A stretch of DNA of 62,274 nt, the filler included, from Platydemus manokwari (Eukaryota): NCBI GenBank assembly GCA_037951405.1. It is 6 parts of 6 records of this genome, joined end to end, with 100 filler letters (N's around TTAATTAATTAA, not from the genome) between each part and the next. Parts side by side here need not be neighbours in the genome. Positions count along the whole stretch, not along the records: positions 1 to 10,993 come from JBBMOY010989972.1; positions 11,094 to 21,229 come from JBBMOY011164880.1; 4 more parts are not named here. One strand, given 5' to 3'. Of the stretch, positions 1 through 13,445 are shown one piece after another. A model generated the notes under the pieces. That model did not search any database. It was given only the letters and a program-made list of their open reading frames with translations, and was not told where the DNA came from. Numbering within the stretch: the stretch's first letter is position 1; the number at the start of each line of letters is the position of its first letter. The translations under genes and the position numbers were made by a program.

Positions 1-239
1 GATTGTGAAATTTATTACCATTTTTAAATGGAAATTTGGTTTTGAAAGGTTGAAATGACTTATACCACTTTCATAATGAAGGGCTCAAATATTTATAATA
101 AATGTTTTACATTTATATTTAATACATATTTTTATATCTTTTCCGGTTTTTTAACTTTTTCTAGTGATAATTTTAAAAAACTAAAAATTAAAATTAAAAT
201 TAAAATACATAGATAGCCAATGTATTGCTAGTGAGACGG

Positions 240-470
240 CAGTGGCGGATGACAGTCTAAAGAGATTAGAATCACGATATTGATTTTAAAAATAACGATT
301 AAAAATTATCTCAAACTGAAAGGATATTACAAGTATTTGAAATTTGTCAGTGACTGAAAATGCTGCCCGATATTCTTGGTGACAGCGAAATTATTCGATT
401 TCTACCACCTATTACAACATTTCTTAAAAGATTTATCCGACCTTCAATCATACAGCGATAGGATTCTTGA
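240..470 (+). mobile_element. Possible highly decayed pogo/Tigger (DDE_1) transposase fragment
   Basis: The peptide EIIRFLPPITT (~388-420) resembles the pogo motif xxxFLPPNTTSxLQP. The surrounding frames are broken by stops. Confidence 0.3.
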
Positions 471-1188
471 TCAAAGACGGCCAATCAAGACTGCTGTTAA
501 ATTAAGTGTGTGTTGAGAATAATTAAAATCAGATTTCAAATCCTATGCAGATTGTTGCTGTTTGCTATCTTGTATTTTCTAATGTTGTAATTTGAATTAT
601 TTTATTCTTTAATCATCATACCATTATGCTACCATTATAATATTTCCATGTATTAGTTTTGTCAATGTCAGCTTTACCAGGTTCCTGTAAAGATTCGAAT
701 GAAATAACATATATAGAAAAAACTGAAATTTATTTCAAACAATGCAAAGAATTCTTATAAAGTAATTATAATCAATGAAATGATAGCCTAGTGCGGACCC
801 TCTTTGGCACCTATGATATGAAAAAATATGAGTAGAATTTTTGTGAACATTATTAATATTTATTGACATTATAATATAATGTGCTAAAAATATATCATAA
901 TCAAGTGTTATGAGATAACTATGGTTTGTTTAATAAGATAATTTTTCATTGAGCATGTCACAAGAATGGGTTGTCTGATTCAAATTTCCAAGTCTTCGCA
1001 GCTGATAAATTTGTAATGAGCGAATGAGGTTTGCAAAATTCGATTATTATTTGAATAAGTAGATCTATTTTTGTATTTTTTTAAAATTCTGTTTTTAGCC
1101 AGAGTAATATATTTTGTATTTACTATTCGGGGAATGAGCCAGTGAAATTTGAAATAAAAATTTATGTGAATTTTATTATTTATTATAT

Positions 1189-1282
1189 CAGAGGTGGCCA
1201 ACTTTTGTGTACGTGCGATCGACTTTTCATTTCACGCGATCGACTAAAATTGGCTTCAAGATCGACCGGTTGGCCACTCCTG
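1189..1282. mobile_element. 94-bp hAT-type MITE
   Basis: Terminal inverted repeats CAGAGGTGGCCAAC and GTTGGCCACTCCTG, three internal GATCGAC motifs, and a flanking direct repeat ATTATAT (1182-1188 and 1283-1289; an imperfect 8-bp TSD). Confidence 0.75.
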
Positions 1283-3736
1283 ATTATATAGTTGTACCCA
1301 ACCACATTCAAGAAATTAAAACACAGACATTAACCATTAATATAAAATGTAGAAATTGCGTAAAAAAATTAAAGGAAATTATAATTTAAATTAATTTGTT
1401 GAAATACCACATCAGGAAAAAATACTTATATCTCAATGTCGATTAACAAAGTGGTTATTGGTTGTATTGGATAGTCGGATAACATGCCATATAATGGTTT
1501 GGAAGTATTGAATTGATTTAGCTAATTACATGAGGAAAAAATCGCCGACATATTGATACATATCATATTATCATGTTAAACATTATTATAACATTTTTAA
1601 TTCATCATCTGAACATTCTGGCGGATATTATATATTTAATAAAAAATTTTTAATGAGTTATTGTAAACAATGTCAATCTTATGATTAAATGAAATATTGA
1701 TCTAATTGTTTACAAACGTCAAAACTTTGTAAACACAGCTACATCTCTGTTTCGTCAACCAGAATTGAATCTATGTCAATCGCCTGCAAAAGTATCAAAT
1801 GAACTTTTTCAATTGATAACTCCAATACTTCGAATTTTTACATTTATTCTGGACATGAAAAACCTCATCAAACCAATTAATAAGGGCTCAACATTGCAAG
1901 GAAAACAATTGGTTTCAGAATTTTTTATTTTCAAGATCATTTTATTGTGTTACTTCATTATTTCATGAATTTACAAATGCTTGTGGTCACTTAGGAATTT
2001 TTTTATAAAAGTCATTGCTTAAGGAAACTCTGAAAAGTCAAAAACGTAATGATAAGATTAACTTTGAACGCAGAAATTCGACAAATAAAACACAATAAAT
2101 ACGAGATTTAGTTGTTTCATCTAATTTATTGATATTTCTATTAAGCGAGTGATAAGGGTTAATTTATGAATTAAATATTGGAATTTATATATAATCTTAT
2201 CAATTCATTCATATCCCTTGAGAAATATTGATCTGAATCTTTTAAATATAGCAAGAATATTCTGAACAAAAATCTCTGACACGCACTTAACGATTTGTAA
2301 AGAAATCAAATACAAAATCATGTGTAGAATCAATATTTGGGAAATAGAAATTTGTGTACACGGGCAATTATGGACAAGTGTCTTCCCGGTAACTCATTGA
2401 ATAAGTGTCTTGAAAATAAGAAAAACAACATGTTTAACAATTCCAATATACAATCATAGAACATTGCCACTGTTGATATTGCAACAAAATCCCCATGAAT
2501 TTGATATTCAAAACTAATCCTTTATTTCAATCGATAAACAAGTTTCTTTTTTGTAGGAGACATTTATCAATTAAATTCTCGTTTTTTTTGATTTTGCTGA
2601 CCTATGTGCTTAACTAGATTTAACTGACATGAGAGATTATTGATAATCAATGCCCGATTTATCATCCATTGTTGATTGCCATTTTTAAATGCCATCAAAT
2701 AGAGACAATATTATATATATTCAATCAATATCATAAAATGTGCTGGCTACATATTGTTGCCAATCAACTGTCGTTGTAGTAACTATGTCACATGACCTAG
2801 TACATTATTCTTCTCTTTGTCATATATATCATGTTGAGTATTGAAATTCGATAAATGTAGCATATTTAATGATCAAAAACATGCAAAATTTCTCAAAATA
2901 TCAAATAAAATCTCAATAATAATACGATGTTTAAGTTACTATTATTGTTCTTCATCAAAAAATAATGGAATAAATAAAATATACATGTCGAACTTGTTAC
3001 ACAAATTAAATAATCATAATATATTTAAATTGCCTTCAAATATATATTTTCATTTTCAATAAAAAGTAACTCAGAAAAAAAATCCATTCAATAGATAATA
3101 TAATACAATACTATCTAGAATGATGTCATAATTATTAAGTTTGTAATATATTTTTCATTCATGACCAATAATAAAAAAATGAGATAATTCTCTTGTACAA
3201 ATTTCTGCTAATCAAACATTGAAATCACAACCAGCTTATAAAATTCAAATTATGTAAGACATGACTCAACCAATCACCGTAATGAAGGTCACAATTATAA
3301 CAAACCAATTTTAAAAATAAACCAATGGCATTGTTTCGAAATAAATGGAAGTCAATAATTAATTTTATTAGTATGAATCGTTGTTTATCAGTATTTAATG
3401 ATAAAGCTATTACATTTCTTAAAAGAAAACATTAATAATATCAGATTCAATAATAGATATAATTATCGTTATTAGAAAGTATAAAAATCACCTAAAAAAT
3501 AGTCACTTACAGCAAATATGTTCAACGTATGATTTATTCACATTTATCATTGGTGTTCAAAATTCTTTTCATAAAATAAGCGATATTACTAATAGATTCG
3601 AGTCAAATTATCAATGACAGTTTTTTTACACCGTATAAAATAGTAGGTTAAATGAAAAAAAAATAATTATATCTATTTTAGAAAAATAGATATAACCCTA
3701 GTGATACAAATTATTTTCTTTGAAAATAAATACACT

Positions 3737-4567
3737 CTAATAACCATGAACTGGAGAATTGAGTTCCGAATTAAGAGAACCGGCGCCTGAAGATTCTCGA
3801 CCGTTTGAATTACTATAATGTGGAATATTGATGGTCAATAAATTGGAATACATATTGTTATTTGGATCTGCATTCCATGGAAGATAGCAAGGAATATTAA
3901 GGGTCGTCGATTCAGGCGAGCCCAATAAATTTTGACAATTTGGAGTAAGAACACCGGAATTGCATGAATCTGGTGTGTATGCAAGACTATTATTTGTTGG
4001 GTCTGGAATAGGTGCTGATAGTTTCAGAGAATTTGGTCGAACAGGCTCCATAAACAAAGCCGAATTCGGTTTCAATTTCGTCGAGCCAAATTTGGTTTTG
4101 GCAAATGAAGAAACAGTGAAACTCGGCACGAGACTTTTAGGAAGATAAAAATTGCTTTGGTTCTGTGTGATATTGTAATTGGATTGGGACATTTGTTCGT
4201 TAAATGGAGAATTATAACGGAACAAGCATTTGATTTCTGATGTCTGATTACCAACTTGATATGTCACCTCTCCTGGATCAATCCAAATTTTCAATTCTTC
4301 TTTCGGTAGAAAATTGAACAATTCTTCTTGATTGATACCAGACTTGGATGCTGCAAGATATAAAATGGGATCGGCATATGGTCCATTAACTCGAAAACAT
4401 CGCTGATGAATTCCTCGACACGGTTGATTCGGAAACCAAAACGGAGCAATTTTCAATTTCAATAAATTATTTAATTCAATGGCAAAATCATCAACTCGTC
4501 TTCTTGGAAGATTTGAATACAAAGGACTAACGATATACGTAACAGCGATGGCTATTTCTGATATCAT
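3737..4567 (-). CDS. TOB: Tob-subfamily BTG/Tob anti-proliferative protein (CCR4-NOT/CAF1 deadenylation adaptor), 276 aa, single coding exon
   Basis: The N-terminal BTG domain (MISEIAIAVTYIVSPLYSNLPRRRVDDF...LKIWIDPGEVTYQVG) aligns with Tob1 ([28 protein letters not shown]...LSVWIDPFEVSYQIG). The Tob-specific motif FTVSSFAKTKFGSTKLK (cf. FTTATFAATKFGSTKMK) is present. A T-rich AG acceptor ends at 4589 upstream of the ATG, implying a 5'UTR intron. Confidence 0.95.
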   Translation of the reverse strand: MISEIAIAVTYIVSPLYSNLPRRRVDDFAIELNNLLKLKIAPFWFPNQPCRGIHQRCFRVNGPYADPILYLAASKSGINQEELFNFLPKEELKIWIDPGEVTYQVGNQTSEIKCLFRYNSPFNEQMSQSNYNITQNQSNFYLPKSLVPSFTVSSFAKTKFGSTKLKPNSALFMEPVRPNSLKLSAPIPDPTNNSLAYTPDSCNSGVLTPNCQNLLGSPESTTLNIPCYLPWNADPNNNMYSNLLTINIPHYSNSNGRESSGAGSLNSELNSPVHGY

Positions 4568-7500
4568 TGCTATCCCTGGTATGTTTTACTAAAAAAAATA
4601 TAAATAATTCAAAATCAGAAATATATCCTAAATATAAGTCATCTCTGACAAAGGAATTGTTCTGCTGTTTTGAAAATTTTCCTTACCGCCTACTTATGTG
4701 GCGTCAGAATTTGATAAAAATTCTTCACAAAACTGTCCAATAGAACTGATGAGCTCTATATTTAGACAGATATCTACTTATCAATGAGAAAAATTTTTTG
4801 CATTTCATACGACATTAGTTTGAGACATATTATAGTTATAAATATATACTGCTTACGAATGCAGATATGATAATAAAATTATAATGAATAAAAATACTTA
4901 CTTCAATAATCGATTAGAAAAATTGAGAAATATTGTGAGATATGAAATGGTTTTCCACAGTATTTATACGATTTAAAATTGTTTGTGTAGGTGTTAGCAA
5001 ATAAATTAATCAAATCATTAGATTCGATTGTTTTTTTAAATTAAATAAAATCGATATTGAAAATATAATACTAAATCAAGAACAAATTGAGATAGGAGAT
5101 TCATTTGTTAAATTTAATTTCATTTTAATAAAATTTAATTAATTGAATCTATATGGGCTTGAAGGTCGTTGTTTGTGAAATGAAAAAAATGAATGAAACA
5201 GAATTGATCAGATGCTAATCAATTAAAATGTCAGCACCTACTCATGACAACATGTTGCATTATCGGACTTGTAATGGAGTTGGTTGTCCTGTATTTTCCT
5301 ATCTGACTGAGTGTGTGTGTATGTATATTCAATCTATTACAAATCGATTGATTGCACACACACATTTACTCTAGTTCTTGTAGAATACAATTTGTCCTTG
5401 AAATAGAATTTGTTGAGAATAGCATAATTTTATTTTCAATAAATTTTCAATATTTACAGATTTTCAGTTGGGAAAAATAATTAATTATGGAATGTTGTAA
5501 CATAATTGAAAAAAAATGGCTATTAAAATAATTAAAAGTCATTGCTTCATTTGAAAACAATATCAAATGGTATTGATTAACTTCTAGAAAATATTAGTGG
5601 AAATAATTTGGAAAATTGAGCATTGTTATTTCAGAATGAAAAGTGTTGATTTATAAAATCAATTTCATTAATAATCCATTGTAATTTGTGGTAAATAAAT
5701 CGGGATTGAGAATTGATTTAAAGCTAGACAAATCAATTTCAAGATTTTGTGAAACTTTCCACAGAATTGAGAACGTTGATACTAAATTGGCTCTCTCATA
5801 ATGAGTCTAGACACCGGAATATTATTATTTAATATACATATAAGAAACAGAAAACCAAATTTGATTGCTTTAAACGCAAGTTTGTCAGTCACGAAGTCTG
5901 TTTGTGTTAAGAAAAAAATCGATATCTCTAAAATTTTAGACACTGAAAATTATTTATTGCCTCATTTATCATTTGATAGAAGTATCGATATTTGAAAATT
6001 TTGGACAATTAAAGAAACACTAGCTATATATCATTGAAAATTTCGAATTTAACGTGTATAAAATGGATTTGTAGGAAAATATGTTGGTCACGGTTTTTTA
6101 TCGATCAATAATATATTTTATATTGATAGAAAGAACGAAGCACAACAATATTCATTTGGATTGATGGGTATAAATAACTTTCGGTGATTGTTTACACGCC
6201 TCCACAGAAGAGCTCCATGCTAAATTAGATATATTCGTCATATTATATAAATTATTCTCCAGAAAAAATCTCAAATCATTTCAAGCCATACCTGTAATCA
6301 ATCTTCCTCGATTTTCAAAGGTTTCACTCCACCATTGACAATCATTTAAACCTTCAGCCGAGCAAACCAAAATTTCTTTTAACAAAACAATAAAAATTTA
6401 TTAAAAAAGACTGAAATGAATTCCTAAACGAATTTTACACCAATCTTCAACTCAAAATCGACAATCCCCTGTGATCCCACCAATTGAAGCTTCAGTATCG
6501 AAAAATTCCCAATTTAATCTATTCCAGAGTCAGTCATGAACCTTTAACTTTCATCAATTTTAGTGCATTCCAATCTAAACCAATAAAAATAAACCACAAG
6601 ATTAACTTTTAAACTGTTTAATGTGATAATTATAGATGATTGCGAATATCTACTGTTAATGAGGTCTAATGACAGTGATCGTTTATTTCTGGGATTAGTT
6701 GGCATATCAGTTGATAAATCAGTCCCAATTCTTCTATACATACCAATATTTTTATAATCTCTATTTAACGTGTAATAATGTATTTATTGTAATAATGTGA
6801 AGGAATAAATGGGGAAAATATAAACAAAAACAACAACAATAAGAGACGAAAACGGGAGATAAACAATAAATGATAACTAAAAGGTGTAAATTAGAAAATC
6901 AATAAAGAAAATTACTAAGGGGAAATTTATCAAACCAGACACACTGAAATTTATTACAACACCAATGATAATAATATAAGTCAATAAACAGTGAAGTAAT
7001 AAGTGGAAGAATAACAAATCGTTCAGGAAGAAAATCCATTATTAAAGAGCAGTTAAATTTTTTTTCCAAGAGAGTAAAAATGCACCGGGGAAAACGAAAA
7101 ATCAACATTCTAATCAAACAAAAAATTCGTTACGGGCAGAAATTTAATTTTTAAGAACATATGATCAATATTCCGACCAGCTGCTGAATGATTATTCTAC
7201 GAAAAAATCTGTACTTAATAGTATGTCCGATTGTGGTGGAGAATGAGTGCAGTGTAATCATTTTATAATAGCTTTAACAATCAGGAAGTCGTCAGTCCTG
7301 TGCAAACAGTATCAAAGAAACGTTAAAAGTATTTGAATTCATTTTTAAATTTATTGTAATAAATAGATTATCTCCATTTATTTCCACTCATCTGTCAATG
7401 GAGCTAACATGGATGACCAGCCTTCACTGTAATCTCATTTGGGTGTTTTAGTTTTTGTTTGTTTAATGTTTCATGTTAAAATTTTTTGTCAGCCTTATTT

Positions 7501-9554
7501 ATATTTCAAACCTCATCAAAAAATATTTTGACCTTAGTTATTACCTTATTATAGGGACATGTCGTGATCGACTATAACTGGTAACAATTGATTGTTGTAA
7601 ATCGTGAATTCGTTATTTTCACTCAGCTTAATCTCCATATTGAAAATTGGAAACGATATATGGGCACCATATGGACAAAATCTAATAAGCTAATTTTACC
7701 GAAGAAGTGAAAATTCCCAGTAATAATAAGATCCAATCGACCTCATTAAACCAATGATATAAAACTGGTATGAATGAACAATGCATCCATTTTAATGAAT
7801 GATAAGATCATCAAACTGACCTATCGATGTCCCACCTGCCGTCAACGCTAACGCTATATTTATCTCCTCTAACTTACTGAATTATGTCATTTCAATATAC
7901 AGGTCAATTCATATTTCTGGAAGTGTTGCATGCACACATTTTCAGTGCCATTGAATATCTCGTGGAAAATAATTATTGGAGTTAGTAATTAAAAATTTTC
8001 CTTTTAACACTTTGCTTGAGAATTTCCTAGGTTTTGTTTATGATTATATGAAACCAATACAATATATTAGTAGAGAGAAAGTACTCCATATCAAAAAATT
8101 ATATCAACATGATTATAAATAGTTGTTATTTTTTAAAATTATTTTCAGTTTGTCATATTAAGGATTATTATGAAGTCCATCAATCGTCGATTTTAAAACT
8201 TGGTTGAAGTGAACTGCTTGTGGCTGAATAATAGTTCCAAATTACCATACATTTGGTATAATTTTTTATTAATATTATTAATATTAATACTGTTAATTAC
8301 TAACTTGCTAAGAAAAAAAATTTGATTAAAAAAGTTTTTAATAATAATATTAGCAAAAAATAGGGATATATTATTTTTTAAATTTGAATTTAATTTCAAT
8401 ATATTTTTTCAACACAATTTACTGATTACTGTAAGTAGTTTCAATAATGCAGAAATTATTTTTTAATTTTTATTTATCAATTTGATATTTATAAACAAAT
8501 TTTTTGAAATATTTATTGATTTCAAAGCTCATTGTTTAAGTTATTATTTCTTTATTAAATTGTTCTTAATTTTTTCGGTGCTAAATTTAAAGTATTATTA
8601 TATATTTATTTTAAATATATTTGCAGTTAGAACATAAAGGGAATTGAGGAAAAAATTTCGTGTGCGGCTTATCTCTGTGTTTTATAATCATAAAGTTGTT
8701 TATTCTCATTTAAAATACCATTTTTATCGTGAAAAACTGATAACACTATGCCGAAGACTGATTGGTTTGACTAGTGTTTTGATAAAATTATTAATAAACG
8801 CTTTCTATATGGTTCAGTTACATTCCAACATCTAATGAAGTTAGTCGTTGTCTGTTGAGCGCAAAACTCACTTAATATCACACAGGTTTTCTCTATCTCT
8901 CACCATATCCTGATTCCAATGCCTCCAATATCCGTCCATAGCAAAGATCGAATTATCAATTCCAGAATTGAGTGTGTGTGTGTGAGAGAGAGTTTAGACT
9001 TGAATTGAATTATTCTTAATTAAAAATTCCCAGGAACTCAAACTCCAGGCGATGATCCCGGCAAATCTCAAACAAAAAATATCTATCGATAAAAAATCAT
9101 TTCGCAATACAAATGAACGTATTGAAATCAAGAGATGAAATTTGGAAAGTGTCAACTGGTTCGATTTGCAATCAGAGGAAATATTATAATCTGACCAATT
9201 CAATATTATCACAATAGTACGTCAATATATGGAATTTTAATATAGGCAATATTTATCATATTCATTCAGTGGGTTGTATTCGATAAATATTGAGGAATTT
9301 TTCAATCAATTTATTAGCGATTAAAATTTAATTAAAAGAAAAACAATTCGTTCATGTTCATGGAAATTGACGAGAGAAAGAATGTCAAAAAATGTCACTA
9401 TTAATTTGTTTTGGTTGATATTGATTGGTTCAATTTCTTCAATAACGCATGAATAAAGGCAAGCTCATATAATTCGATGTTGGGGATTTGATAAAATTCT
9501 TTCTTATTTTGGCTTGATATTTTATCGATTAATTCCAAGAAAATCCAATTTGGT

Positions 9555-9660
9555 TATATATATATATATATATGGAGAGATAGAAAGAGAGTGAGGGAGA
9601 AAGAAACAGAAGAGAGAGAGAGGAAGAGAGAGAGAAAGAGAGAGAGGGAAAGAGAGAGAA
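9555..9660. repeat. (TA)n followed by a ~87-nt GA-rich polypurine tract
   Basis: tatatata...ggagagatagaaagagagtgagggagaaagaaacagaagagagagag... read directly from the sequence. Confidence 0.9.
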
Positions 9661-10912
9661 CTTAAAGTTTCCTATAAATAATGAGTTAATTTTATTAAAT
9701 TGATTTGAACAATCCAGAAATTAAATATATCAATATTAAATCATATCATATTATAATCGATAAATGACATGCCGTTTGGCAGTTGTTGACCCAGTTTATA
9801 GTCAGCTATACTCAGAATTGCTTTCAAATAATTCTTTAATATCAATAAAATATAACATTTTTTCAAAAACCTTATTAATAAATATATTCAAATTGTAGCT
9901 TTTATTCTCGAATGTTATCATGGAAAAATAAATGCTATCAATCACACGATAATATCTACTTTAATACGTTACCATAGCAGCTCTATTGTTACAAATTAAA
10001 TGTTTCGTTGTGTCCATCAAATGATTCTATTCGTCAAAAATTAAACTAATCAATAAGAAACTTATTTCAATTTCCTACAAGTATGTTGCTTATGAAACTA
10101 ACTATTCGACATAATTAAGTACAGCCGAAGATACTAATGTAAAACAACAATGGAGATTGAGTTTTCTTTAATCTAAGTGCCGATTTAAGACAATTTCTTC
10201 TTCAATTTTGGTAATAATAGACTTTCCTTTCCTAATGAAATTATAAAAAAAGCACGCTAATGGATACAAAAACATTATTTTATTAAATTATAAATTATAA
10301 TTGTTTTTTTTATAATTTATAAATATTATAATATTATTTCGTTGTGATTTTCCTAAAATAGAAATGCAAAAAAATTATATTTAATAATACACAATTAAAC
10401 TCTCTCTGAAAAACAAATCGAATGATATTCACAATAAAAATTGTTGATAAATGAAAAGTTAAATATTGATTTCTCATATAATTGAGGACAACACTGGATT
10501 TCCCAATAAGTTTCTTAGAAATATATTTATAGAGAATTAGATGTTATTCGAGCATAGAAATGAAAAGCTTTCTCTCGTAGTAAACTGTTACGTTTCGACA
10601 AGGATATGAACACATAAATGTAAACATATTGGGATTTGTGTGAATACCTCGAGGTTTCTTACCATATAAATTGTGTAGCAAAGTTAATCAGATAATAATA
10701 AATAATACTGAAGGATCAAAACGGTTTAGTTCTAATTAGCAAATGAAACAAAATCAGATATTTTAGCAGCAGATTAGAAAATGAAAATAGTTGTGTAAGA
10801 AATAGCAAGAAATTCAAAATAAATATAACGATTTCAGAGATGATAAGGAAATAGAAGGATTAGATAAACACGTATTAGATGTAGGGATACATAATGTTTA
10901 TAGATTTCATAG

Positions 10913-10927
10913 AATAATAATAATAAT

Positions 10928-10977
<50 letters not shown>

Positions 10978-10993
10978 TAATAATGATAATAAT
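10913..10993. repeat. (AAT)n microsatellite at a contig end
   Basis: Direct trinucleotide repeat running into the gap. Confidence 0.95.
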
Positions 10994-11093
10994 NNNNNNN
11001 NNNNNNNNNNNNNNNNNNNNNNNNNNNNNNNNNNNNNTTAATTAATTAANNNNNNNNNNNNNNNNNNNNNNNNNNNNNNNNNNNNNNNNNNNN
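10994..11093. other. Artificial contig spacer N44-TTAATTAATTAA-N44
   Basis: The identical 100-nt spacer occurs five times, and the 12-mer gives stops in all six frames. Confidence 0.97.
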
Positions 11094-11899
11094 TGTATTA
11101 TTAGACTGAGATAATATCATCCATGGTAATTTTATTCAATTTTAACATATCATTAACAATTGTTTAGAGATTAGCTGTATGATATTGTTGAAGAAATTCA
11201 CGATTCTATTCGATTATTTTTTTTGTTAAATATTTTCCGCTAGAGTTATTTACAGTAAAACAATGGCTTAAAAGTCTTCAGTTACCAATTTCTGTTCTCA
11301 CTTGAATTAACCAGATGAAAGGAAATGGAAATTATCTGATTCGTGCTTCAAGTATTTAATTAAATGCTTTTATTGCTTTTTGGCATTATGTTCCAAATAT
11401 TAGATGATTTTCTTTTTATTTTTGCCAATAGGCTTGATACTTAACTCGAATAATCCATACTTCCGCTATGACAATAGTTATTGGAGATAAAACCATTCTA
11501 TTTTTCTCAATATTTGATTGATAGTTTGAAGATAACTTCTCACAGTCTGAAACCCATTTGAAAACCAATTATAAATCACAACGAAATCATTGTTATGGAA
11601 ATTGATCAAAGAACGTATTACAAATATGCAAACCACAAATATATAAATTCTGATCTAAGTCTATTTTACCGACAATCAATTGATCGAAAAACATTTATCC
11701 GACGTCATATTAATTGATCGAAAATTCAACACCAAACAAAACCAACCATATAAATATATCAAATCATTTCCTGCAGATCATTACGAGTATCAAATAAAAG
11801 GATAAATACCTTTAAATGAATATTAAAATGTTGAATATGACGAAGATGTTCCATGACATCTTTATATAATTATATACAATTATAATTATATAATTACAT

Positions 11900-12488
11900 G
11901 ATTAAAGTTAAGAAAATGGGTCCTAAAATGAAATTTTAAATTTGTTGATTGCATTGCAAAATTCTATATAGTTTATTTAATTATCTTCTTTAAAAATATT
12001 TTGAATTTTTTATTTAAGTTCTGAAGTAGAATTTTAGTTGTTTGAAATCAAAAATTAAATACACCAGAGCTAAAAAAATTTTCTAAATTTTTATTATTTT
12101 AAAAAGAATTAGAATAGTTCAAATTAGCGAGAACCCATTTTTTAACAACATAAGCAAATGGAAAGATATTCTCAATTTTCAAATTATTTTTTCAAAATTA
12201 CCAATGATATTATTAAACATGCCTTTAGTTAACTAACTCGATTTATAATTATAAAAATTTAAATTTAAAAACTCAAACAATCATATAGAATTGTTGTGAT
12301 TAGAATGGGAACTTGGTTTAAAAACTGTTTGTTCCTGTTAGGAATGCTAAAGAGTGAGATATTAACTGAATTATACGAATAAATTAAACATCGGAATTTT
12401 ATATAAAATTAAGTTATAAAATTATCTTATGCACGAAAATTCATTATTACGAAAGTAGGTCAAAGGACCCCTTTTCTTAACCAAAGCC
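11900..12488 (+). mobile_element. Non-autonomous Merlin-family MITE, copy 1 (~590 bp)
   Basis: Its ends, gattaaagttaagaaaatgggtcct and aggacccttttcttaaccaaagcc, form a TIR pair. The body aligns in reverse with 47806-48413 and with both ends of the Merlin element at 29999-31375. Confidence 0.8.
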
Positions 12489-13030
12489 AAATTTTTTTAC
12501 ATTTTAGTGCATTTCAAAAATCTATATAATCGATCATTTACAACTCAGGTTAAAATATCAATGATCCATATGGGATATTTGAAATATAATTTAACTATCT
12601 CCAAACAATTTTATCGATATCAAAATGTGAATTGTACTGTTTCCTGGATTTTCTTAAACCAACAAGTGACCCAAAAATTTCAATGTTGAATATAGGATGG
12701 TTTTTCTTAATGTGCAATTAGATATCTGGACGGTTACTGTGTTGAAATGAGATCTCTGAATTAACTGGTGCGATTTATCATTATTTATTTACCAGAAATA
12801 TTTAAACCCTGACTAATATTCTAAATATCATTTCAACTCTGACCTACAATAATAATTTATTTGAAAAATTGTTTATCACAACACACTCAGTCTATGAATG
12901 GACTCCTGTAATAGTAATTGTAACAATTCATGGAGTGATCAAGTTTTACATCTAAGAGTTTTGATTCCAGAATATAGGAAATTGATCTGAAAATGAGAGA
13001 AATATTTTACTGATTAAAGTGATTGACTAT

Positions 13031-13445
13031 TCAGCTTATTTTTGATAAGTCTTGATTGAAGGTGTCGAGGGGCCCACAGTAAAACTTGCCATCTGGAATA
13101 ACATGGTCTTGTGTTCTCAAAATATGAAAATCCATCAACATAAAACCGTAATCCCGAATGCCAAATCTAAAAATAGTCGAATAATTTACATAATTATACC
13201 AAGTTGAGATCATTGAATTGATTCCACAATTAACTCCATTCGCCAATGAATCAAGTCCAGCATCGAAAATTAAATTTGAGCTGAAATCAAATCGAATCTT
13301 CCAAAAGTAATTAAATATCCTGCTCTCCTTCTTTGTTGGAATGAAAGCAAGTATGGTTGAATTCTGTGGAAACCAATGAATTATTAACCTTTTCATTATT
13401 GGTTTTGTCATTATTTTATTTGTTTTTTCAAACCCATTGTCAGAT
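13031..13445 (-). other. Unassigned 126-aa ORF, possibly an exon
   Basis: Long ORF for this AT content, with raised GC and a possible acceptor (ttttaag) about 40 nt upstream of the ATG. I recognise no homology. Confidence 0.2.

Noticed and set aside
980-3062. Short 60-75-aa ORFs (980-1201, 1207-1389, 1765-1968, 2841-3062 and many similar ones elsewhere)
   Set aside because: They are I/K/N/F/L-rich chance ORFs of AT-rich DNA, often with TTG/GTG starts not expected in a eukaryote, and show no motifs.
3960-4254. ORFs overlapping Tob
   Set aside because: Antisense or alternative-frame shadows of a real CDS.
11038-11049. TTAATTAATTAA palindrome recurring every ~10 kb as a biological repeat or array
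   Set aside because: It is always centred in exactly 88 Ns, so it is an assembly linker.
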